Shown one piece after another: positions 1 to 5,955 of a stretch of 5,955 bases of DNA. The position numbers and the translations under genes are program-made. This DNA comes from Octopus sinensis (taxonomy: Eukaryota). The stretch's first letter is position 1. Each line of letters begins with the position of its first letter. Where the stretch lies: contig NW_021829785.1 in NCBI RefSeq assembly GCF_006345805.1, positions 1 through 5,955 on the forward strand, given 5' to 3'. The notes beneath the pieces were generated by a model. The model did not search any database. It was not told where the DNA came from and was given only the letters and a program-made list of their open reading frames with translations.

Positions 1-1
1 T

Positions 2-350
2 ATTATTTTTATATATACGTCGACATACACATATAGCACAATAAGCATTGAGTACTGTACCAAACAACGAAAAACTAAACAATTATAACAACATTAATAC
101 TGCTGTAACGAAGACTATCCCTCTTCCAATATCGTAGTGCCAAGGCTCACTATCAGCTCCTAAAATGACTAAGGTTATAAAATAGAGAATTGTAAATCCA
201 AAATAATTATCATTTCGATAAATCTTTGACGAGAATATCCGAATTTTGTATTTATTTTGAGAAAATAAATAGAAAGTGCAGGATACTGAAAATCAGCGAC
301 GTCGCTCCACAAAACAGAATATTCTTTCCCATGTCTAATAAATCTGTCAT
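2..350 (-). pseudogene. Possible decayed membrane-protein coding remnant
   Basis: The minus frame from 214 to 2 reads NDNYFGFTILYFITLVILGADSEPWHYDIGRGIVFVTAVLMLL*LFSFSLFGTVLNAYCAICVCRRIYKN, with one stop in ~71 codons. A second frame starting at ATG 350 gives MTDLLDMGKNILFCGATSLIFSILHFLFIFSK*. No family is recognised, and the hydrophobicity may only reflect a T-rich strand. Confidence 0.2.
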
Positions 351-614
351 TCAAGCTTGATGTGATTAATACTGAAAACTGAAATAATCTAAAATGGAAT
401 TTTTTATTTACAAATGTCCCGATTTGTATGAGAAAGGAAGAAGTCCTGATATGTCCGGGTCACAACGATTTGGTGATCTTTTGTGTGTAGTATCATTACA
501 GATATGAATATAAAATATATATTTGAGTTAATTATATAGTTAGGTAAAATCAAGTATAATAAATATAATAATTTATTTTATTTCTTTTTTTCATCAATAC
601 TTTATTTTTTAATC

Positions 615-670
615 TTTTCGTTTATTTATTTTTTGAAGATTAATTAAATTTAGTAGTTGTAAAATATCTT
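615..670 (+). repeat. Dispersed AT-rich direct repeat, copy A
   Basis: Three exact blocks, TTTTCGTTT (615-623), TTTGAAGATTAATTAAATT (632-650) and GTAAAATATCTT (659-670), recur in the same order at 5663-5723. Confidence 0.7.
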
Positions 671-1069
671 CACTATATTTATATTTTTATAGTATTTTTG
701 ATTATTTATTGAATTCTCTTGCTTTAGTCAAAAACTGAGTATTTTGATCAAAAATTAAAGTACATATCGAATTTTGTAAATTAAAGTATTATTTTTTAAT
801 GTAAATTATTTAGTTCGAATTGCTTAATTATAGTCAACTAAACTATCCTAATTGTTGTATTTAAATAGCTTTGCTTATATGTTATTTTATTTATTTTGAT
901 TTTTTTAATCACAAAGACTACGGCAAAAACCGAACAAACGTCACGTGATCCCGATGGACTCAAGCAGGGACCTCATCCTCGCTCGGTGATCTTTCCACCA
1001 ACCCACACAAGATCGAACCGGGCGGCTGACCGTATTTGTCGGGGCATTTGCAAACAGACTGAGTGAGGT

Positions 1070-1335
1070 TCAGCTTGAGTAGTTGAAGATACCCGTTAGA
1101 AATGTGATTCCTTCGACACCAAGATTTTTTAATAGAATGACCGGGATTTTTTCCGAGCCGTGAGAGTACGACGTTTTTGTGGAGTCAAGGTATTCTCCTC
1201 CTCTTTTACTGAGAGGAGGAACGGATCCGTCCGTTTCTTTAGGCTTCTGTTTCAGGGAAGTGAATCCGATTTCCTGTGTTCCTTGTGTGCTGTTTTTGCG
1301 TAGAATTTGATGAGGTTGTTTACATCTTTTTGATC
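1070..1335 (-). mobile_element. Decayed non-LTR retrotransposon fragment (endonuclease-RT linker and start of the RT domain)
   Basis: The minus frame reads ...PPLSKRGGEYLDSTKTSYSHGSEKIPVILLKNLGVEGITFLTGIFNYSS* (stop at 1070-1072). This matches the LINE pre-RT motif K.S.A.GPD.I....LK.LG...I..LT.IFN.S. Neighbouring frames supply PLSKEE and NLIKFYAKTAHKEHRKSD, implying frameshifts. The stretch is GC-richer than its flanks. Boundaries are approximate, and no TSD was found. Confidence 0.75.
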
Positions 1336-1701
1336 ATATTCTTCAAAAGATTCGGCACGTCACCCCTGGCCACGTTCCGAGTGGCTTTAAACACTTTACA
1401 AATTTGAATATTAATACAATATTGAATTTTTAACAATCATTTAATTTTGACCCGTGCATATTTTCCGGACCAGTGATTAACAGCATCAAAAAAAAACAAC
1501 TTTATTCAATGAAAATATCTTATTTAAAAACTAATTAATTTTACCTCTTTTATTCTTTAAAACATCGATCATCCTATTCGGAAGTGATTGATAAAGATTT
1601 TCTATATGAACATTTTCTATTTCATCACATTTTGTTTTTGTAATTCTCAAGAGTTACTGGAGATCTTCTGGTTCTTTTTCACCTATTCTTTGTATAAGAA
1701 T

Positions 1702-1735
1702 ACACTGTCATAACACTGACAGCTGTCAAAACACT
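1702..1735. repeat. 12-bp palindrome TGACAGCTGTCA within three ACACT direct repeats
   Basis: The palindrome is at 1717-1728, and ACACT occurs at 1702, 1713 and 1731. It lies ~30-60 bp upstream of the integrase-like ATG at 1765. A role as a subterminal transposon motif is inference. Confidence 0.55.
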
Positions 1736-1764
1736 AATAATCCACATTAATATAATAATGTTAG

Positions 1765-2075
1765 ATGTTTGTTAAAGTTGATGCAGAGTACAATCTACTG
1801 AAATTTGTTCTTGAAGGTCAAGACGCAGATATTTCGAAAGTTAAAAAATTCCGACTAAAAGAAGCTGAAAATTTTATTCTTATTGACGGAAAGGTATATC
1901 TGCGAATATTAATAGACTTCACAAGCTCGTTATAGCTTTAACAAGTTCAGAAGAATGAAAATCATTGCTTAAGAAATCCACGAAACAAACCATTGTGGGC
2001 ATAATGCTCTGGATGGACTTTGCACTATGTTTTTATACAATCAAACGCCCCATTCATACACAGGTAAATTTGTGC
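1765..2075 (+). pseudogene. Pseudogenised N-terminus of a DDE/rve-type integrase (Ginger/Gin-like; the family often annotated KRAB-A-domain-protein-2-like in microsporidia)
   Basis: Stitching frames gives MFVKVDAEYNLLKFVLEGQDADISKVKKFRLKEAENFILIDGKVYLR / NRLHKLVIALTSSEE / MKIIA*EIHETNHCGHNALDGLCTMF / YTIKRPIHTQVNLC. This includes an H-x3-H-x-G zinc-binding motif followed by an FY.I.R..I..V..C-like segment. It needs about three frameshifts and one stop, and no catalytic core follows. The family match is from memory, not a search. Confidence 0.6.
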
Positions 2076-2449
2076 TTTTATTTTTTCGGTGGGTGTTAGT
2101 CCGTTTCAAAGATATCGAGGGATTCCGGGCTACACACCATTGAGAAAATACTGTAACGGAGACAGACGGCGGCGAAAAATTGGAAAGTGTGCATAATATG
2201 CTAAATCAAAATAGCCCCAACGGTAAAGACATTCACGAAAAATGTAATAAAGCTTTATAATTTTACAAAAGGTGAGTACGAATTGATTTTTCTTCGGGTA
2301 GATCTGACTTCTGTTATTATGAAAAGATAAATAAAATGATAGGAATTCATCGATCGAACTATGGATTAATCCTTTACTACGTCTGCAAAGGTTGAGCATC
2401 TTTACAGAGATGCGTCACTATTGTTGCAAAATTTTTCAACAATTTTGTC

Positions 2450-2462
2450 AATGTTAAAAATA
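2450..2462 (+). repeat. Target-site duplication, left copy (AATGTTAAAAATA)
   Basis: Identical to 3438-3450. The flanking bases differ on both sides (2449 C vs 3437 A; 2463 G vs 3451 T). It abuts the (GTTA)n tail. Confidence 0.9.
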
Positions 2463-2478
2463 GTTAGTTAGTTAGTTA
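2461..2478 (-). repeat. (TAAC)4 3' microsatellite tail of the LINE
   Basis: The plus strand reads TA(GTTA)4 and the minus strand reads GGGG-TAACTAACTAACTAAC-TA. It contains the ORF2 stop codon (2472-2474). Confidence 0.85.
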
Positions 2479-3159
2479 CCCCGTTTTCCTCTAACATGTA
2501 GGAAGCCGGCTGCAATCAGGTAGCGGACAGCGGCGATCGGGCGCTCGCAGAGATCCCGAATCCCAATAGGTGGCGACTGGTGAGGCGGCCCAGGACAGGA
2601 AAAAGGTCTTCAGGGGCGAGGGTGCGAGTGTTTCGAAAAAGAGTGGATGATGTCCCGAGCGAAGTCGTGCAAGCTGGACACGGAAGTACCTGTCGAGTGA
2701 TTGCTCTTAAGGATGGACTGGTGGCGGAGGAGAATCAAGGAGTTTGTTATTTTTAAGCATCCTGATAGCACGAGTTGAGATTTAATCGTGAATTAATTTC
2801 TTCCCAGTTTTCCCATTGTTCGTTAAGAGTATTTTTGAGAGAGGTCTGCATTGATCGGCTAGAGTAGTGATAATATGTCTTTTGTTTTCTAAGATAGAGA
2901 TTTTGTGGCATGGATGAGATATTTCTTGTATTTCGTAGAGGAATTGAAGTCCTCTCATCTCCAAATGGTCTTCGATCGGAAGGATACAAGATTCCCAATG
3001 AAGATGATCGATGGGAGTGGAGGCTAGGCAGCCAGTTATTGTGCGGAGCCCTGAGTTTTGGATTCTTTGTAGTTTTTGGAGATTTGATAGAGAAAGGTTC
3101 CATGACCAAGCCGGACTGCCATAGTTCATTGATGATTTGACAAATTGTCTGTAGACCAG
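2472..3159 (-). pseudogene. LINE ORF2 C-terminal (post-RT) region, inactivated
   Basis: It reads LVYRQFVKSSMNYGSPAWSWNLSLSNLQKLQRIQNSGLRTITGCLASTPIDHLHWESCILPIEDHLEM...KLIHD*ISTRAIRMLKNNKLLDSPPPPVHP*EQSLDRYFRVQLARLRSGHHP. After a frameshift or deletion it continues FSCP...IRDLCERPIAAVRYLIAAGFLHVRGKRGN*. Stops are at 2782-2784 and 2707-2709. The Y.SPAW, LQ..QN..LR.ITG, HLH.E..ILP and L.RLRSGH motifs are typical of LINE ORF2. This includes track ORF 2782-3129. Confidence 0.9.
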
Positions 3160-3437
3160 AAAATCTTGTCATATTAAACAACCCACACTTACACACAAGG
3201 TGTGCCCTGAGACCTAGCGACACTAATACTTCTCCAGATCTCTCCCTCTGCTCCCCGTCGATCTCCTCTCGCATAAATTGGTCAGTGACTTATGATCTCC
3301 CATCGGACCACAATCCGATTCTCATTGCAATTAGCCTCCTATCTCCTCGGGACATTTTCCGAAAAACTATCATCAATTACAACCGGACAAATTGGGCCGC
3401 CTATCGTCAAGATACAGAAGCCGCCTTCGAAGGCAAA
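3159..3437 (+). pseudogene. Inverted LINE AP-endonuclease (APE) C-terminal half plus start of linker
   Basis: The open plus frame reads ENLVILNNPHLHTRCALRPSDTNTSPDLSLCSPSISSRINWSVTYDLPSDHNPILIAISLLSPRDIFRKTIINYNRTNWAAYRQDTEAAFEGK. It carries the APE motifs LN..TR, S.PD(I/L) and SDH.PI, and the post-APE NW..Y motif. The segment ends exactly at the right TSD. Confidence 0.9.
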
Positions 3438-3450
3438 AATGTTAAAAATA
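3438..3450 (+). repeat. Target-site duplication, right copy (AATGTTAAAAATA)
   Basis: Identical to 2450-2462 and directly follows the last LINE-like codons of the inverted segment. Confidence 0.9.
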
Positions 3451-4285
3451 TTGAAAGAATAGTAAGGAAGGTGCATTCTAAACACCTTAAAAAGATACTT
3501 AAAAATAATTAGTTAATGTTTTGAAAACTATTTGATTGTCTTATTTTTGACAAAATTGGCATTGATGGCAGCTTTCAGTCTGGACTCGGTTTCATTCTCG
3601 CTCGCAACATAATGGTCGACGTCTACAACTCTATAACGTCAGCCGTTATGGGATCGTCAAACCCACATGCATGTTAACATCCGGAGGAACGTGCCAGCCA
3701 CGAGTGCTAGGATGTGAATCGCTACGAGCTTCCTCCTCGAATGAGTGGAAGTGAAAGAGTTTCTAGAAAGAAAAAATCTAAAATCTTTACGAAAATTCGA
3801 ACTTGAGCACCCTGAATGAGCGTGTGATAGTTAATTTGTGTGGTCTTTAAAGTCGGAAATCCTCGACTAAATATCTCTTGATTGTTTCATTGAAATTATA
3901 GTGGGTGCTGAAATGTTCACTAAGAAACATCTAACACGCATATTGGGAGAATAGTGGCTGAGAAGCTCAATGATATGATCCCAAGAGTTTTCATATGCTT
4001 GCAAACTATCATAAGTGGGAGTGATGTAACGATCCAGACAGTAAAGAAGTGCGAAATAGAGCACACAAATAACTAGGAAGGTTAAAAGACCAAACAAACC
4101 AATTCTTAAGAGCTTAAGAATAAGTGAGAAAAAAGACTCGGAAAGAAAGCTTGTTACACGGGTAGGAAAACGCAAAAAAGAAACAAGATAGCTCTCACAA
4201 AATTTTAAGACAGAATGAAAAATGTGGGAAGAATGGGCTAAACAACGTTGAAAAAGAAACGCGCCGAACCGACAAGCACACGTTT

Positions 4286-4499
4286 GGGTATTCACACGGT
4301 AGGCCAGCCGTCCTCGCGGGCTACCTGAATAGGGCTGACATTATTTATGGGTTATTCGCAGTTTGTTTTCTTTCCAGGCGCTTTGCACTCAGAATCTTTC
4401 CAGATTCTTTGTTATTGTTATTGACTTTGACTTTAGGAACCATAACAATGTTGAAACAATACACGAAACGTACAATAACGAAAATTTATCCAATTGGCC
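4286..4499 (+). ncRNA. Candidate HDV-like self-cleaving ribozyme with an expanded P4
   Basis: Folded by hand. P1 is GGGUAUU 4286-4292 / GCUACCU 4320-4326 (G1.U wobble, 4 WC pairs, one mismatch, one wobble). P2 is GGCCAG 4302-4307 / UUGGCC 4494-4499. P3 is CCG 4308-4310 / CGG 4317-4319, and L3 is UCCUCG. G4327 is available for P1.1. The P4 base is AUAGG 4329-4333 / UUUAU 4485-4489, and J4/2 CCAA 4490-4493 fits C-N-R-A. L3 is one nt shorter than canonical in this register. Confidence 0.45.
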
Positions 4500-4688
4500 G
4501 TCAATTGTGATAATTATTATGATAACGAGGTTATAACTGTTAAAGTACTTTTCAAAATCTGTTAATTGCACACAATGCCAAATATGATAATAGCTTTAAT
4601 TTTGATTCATGGTCGATAATGATATATTGGCATTAATTTTAAAGAGAAAATCTTGTTTTTATTGAAGATATTCTTGATTCTTGATATG

Positions 4689-4857
4689 TAACCAAAATAC
4701 AGAAAATAATTTTTTGATTTTTTTGGCGGAAAGGTTTAAGGGACCTCATCATTTGAGTCGAGGACATGGGTGTTGTTCATTTTAACCAAAATCCAGAAAA
4801 TATTTTTAATTTTTTGGCGGGAAGATTTTAAGGACCTCATAATTTTGGGCTTGTTCA
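4689..4857 (+). repeat. Imperfect tandem duplication, period ~94 bp, two copies
   Basis: Shared blocks are TAACCAAAAT (4689/4783), CAGAAAATA (4700/4794), T-run+GGCGG (GGCGG at 4725/4816), GGACCTCAT (4741/4832) and TTGTTCA (4773/4851). Confidence 0.85.
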
Positions 4858-4913
4858 CCATTATTGGAGAATTATAAGGGAAATATAACTTTCCTGCTTT
4901 CACTTTAAATACA

Positions 4914-5011
4914 CCTACACTACCTACATTGCCTACATTACCTACGCCTAGACTACCTACATTGCCTCATTACCTGCACCTATATTACCTACGCTTACAC
5001 TAAATACACTG
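4914..5011 (+). repeat. Degenerate 9-bp minisatellite (CCTACATTR) with a 33-bp higher-order unit
   Basis: The units are cctacacta, cctacattg, cctacatta, cctacg | cctagacta, cctacattg, cct-catta, cctgca | cctatatta, cctacg, cttacacta, aatacactg. Confidence 0.9.
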
Positions 5012-5143
5012 TCTATGCACCCTTTTAATTTCTCTCCCAAACTCCTTTAGTTATTTTGTTTTCTGATCCACATTATTTTCTTCAATAGAATTCGGTCTCA
5101 AAATACAAAATCGATGTCGTCGACGTAAATTATATCTATCACA

Positions 5144-5428
5144 TTAGTAAAAATTTTCTTTTCTTATATGTTGAAATACATCCAACACTTTTGAAACCAA
5201 AAGTTTATGCTCTTCATTATTTACTGACTCTGAAATCTCTGCATTTGAATAAATTTGTCTTTTTATGAATGGAGCAATGTATCTTTTGATTGTTCCAATA
5301 CTTGTGTGAAACATTTTAGAGTCTAAGTGGTTTACTGAAAGTACTGTAGTTATTGATTCCACTGATTTTGTCAGATCTTGCACTAGCAGCCTTTGTAAAT
5401 GTGGACTTTGTAATGCCTAAAAATCCAT
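5144..5428 (-). pseudogene. Orphan ORF or pseudogene of unknown function
   Basis: Track ORF 5144-5383 extends in frame to an ATG at 5428 (MDF*ALQSPHLQRLLVQDLTK...KENFY*), with one stop at codon 4. About 95 codons with one internal stop is few for AT-rich DNA, and the composition is protein-like. No motif was recognised. Confidence 0.3.
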
Positions 5429-5662
5429 TATGCTGAAAATGTAGAAAAGGCATTATGAAAGAATCAAAATCTAGCCTAGATGAATTCAAAAAGGCTAAGG
5501 ATAATAAATGTTATTTATTTTATTTTTTAATTTTCTTAATTATCGAATTAAATATGATATATTATTCACACGCTAAGCACGCTATATTCTTCTTGTGTTG
5601 TGCATTTCTGTTGTTAATTATTATTTTATTTTTTTGTACTTTAATGTTTAATTTTTATAATA

Positions 5663-5723
5663 TTTTCGTTTTTTATATGTTTGAAGATTAATTAAATTGA
5701 CTACTGGTAAAGTAAAATATCTT
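5663..5723 (+). repeat. Dispersed AT-rich direct repeat, copy B
   Basis: TTTTCGTTT (5663-5671), TTTGAAGATTAATTAAATT (5680-5698) and GTAAAATATCTT (5712-5723). The first spacing equals that in copy A, and the second is 5 bp longer. Confidence 0.7.
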
Positions 5724-5912
5724 GGATAAAGGTTTATTTTGCAAGTGAATTTGTATTCATTTTATCAATTAATTAATCTCCATTCATATGGATTCTTTAA
5801 ATTCAATTTATTTATTTTGTTATTTTTATTTCAGTTATTTTGCATTCTGTATGTCCTTCCTTGGTTGTTCAGATTTATCGAACGATTATCTCATTTATTA
5901 TTCGTTCCGAAT

Positions 5913-5955
5913 TACAGTACGACCCCGGTTTGGGGCAGCATTTTTATCATAGTGC
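5913..5955 (+). mobile_element. Possible terminus of a TA-targeting pogo/Tc1-mariner DNA transposon
   Basis: TA|CAGTACGACCCCG at 5913-5927 resembles pogo-type TIR starts (TA-CAGT...CCYCG), and composition shifts there from very AT-rich DNA. No partner TIR is in the window. Confidence 0.25.

Larger units (their letters stand above)
2463..3437 (-). mobile_element. 5'-truncated, 5'-inverted non-LTR retrotransposon (APE-type LINE, I-group/Ingi-Nimb-like)
   Basis: The insertion has a perfect 13-bp TSD, a (TAAC)4 tail at the left end, a minus-strand ORF2 C-terminal remnant (2472-3159) and a plus-strand AP-endonuclease remnant (3159-3437). The clade assignment rests on remembered motifs. Confidence 0.9.

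Noticed and set aside
966-977. 12-bp match AGGGACCTCATC with 4739-4750
   Set aside because: There is no extension on either side, and one 12-mer match is unsurprising in 6 kb.
973-990. Second TCCTCGCT motif resembling an HDV L3 loop
   Set aside because: P3 does not form cleanly and no upstream P1 partner was found.
909-1069. GC-richer stretch with weak APE-like (DLIL/GDL) or zinc-knuckle-like (EPHSV, CP) translations
   Set aside because: It needs several arbitrary frameshifts and can be read either way. It is probably TE-derived but not assignable.
1196-1230. 9-bp hairpin TCCTCCTCT/AGAGGAGGA and palindrome ACGGATCCGT
   Set aside because: These are short, lie inside a LINE coding remnant and have no supporting context. 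The DNA is not prokaryotic-like, so no terminator is called.
2130-2399. 89-aa minus ORF
   Set aside because: It has no recognisable motif and lies antisense to the plus-strand remnant frame.
2910-3140. 76-aa plus ORF
   Set aside because: It is an antisense shadow of the LINE post-RT region with no motifs.
2753-3274. 173-aa minus ORF from the track
   Set aside because: It is an off-frame shadow that crosses the inversion junction. The real LINE motifs lie in another minus frame and on the plus strand.
3285-3512. 75-aa plus ORF as a standalone gene
   Set aside because: It is a chimera of the APE fragment, the TSD and flanking DNA, with a GTG start inside the endonuclease.
3555-3610. IDGSFQSGLGFILA as an RNase H motif
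   Set aside because: There is only a single weak motif, with no further RNase H residues or RT context.
3924-4071. HIG...VKKC peptide as an integrase zinc finger
   Set aside because: The His-to-Cys spacing is 37 aa, longer than the ~30 expected, and the second Cys is absent.
3867-4295. 142-aa minus ORF rich in F/L/S
   Set aside because: It is explained by reading the T-rich complement of an A-rich tract. No domain is recognised.
4389-4571. 60-aa minus ORF
   Set aside because: It is short, low in complexity, and antisense to the ribozyme candidate.
4911-5011. Short repeats as a CRISPR array
   Set aside because: The units are contiguous 6-9-mers with no spacers and no cas genes.
5455-5691. 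78-aa plus ORF rich in F/I/L
   Set aside because: It is a compositional ORF in T-rich DNA and runs into the dispersed repeat.

Overview
This is AT-rich, gene-poor, repeat-laden DNA that looks eukaryotic. A microsporidian-type host is suggested by one integrase remnant, but that is inference only. No intact conventional gene is supported. The best-supported feature is a 975-bp non-LTR (LINE, I-group-like) retrotransposon insertion at 2463-3437, bounded by a perfect 13-bp target-site duplication (AATGTTAAAAATA at 2450-2462 and 3438-3450). Its 3' part (post-RT region, decayed zinc knuckle, (TAAC)4 tail) is on the minus strand. It is joined head-to-head near 3159 to an inverted plus-strand piece of the AP endonuclease, and the RT domain is missing. 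That geometry is what twin priming (5' inversion) produces. Also present are a second, more decayed LINE fragment (linker plus start of RT, ~1070-1335, minus), a pseudogenised integrase N-terminus with an HHCC-like zinc motif (1765-2075), a candidate HDV-like ribozyme with a long structured P4 (4286-4499), a ~94-bp tandem duplication, a 9-bp minisatellite with higher-order structure, and a short dispersed repeat. Most ORFs in the supplied track are shadow or compositional ORFs.
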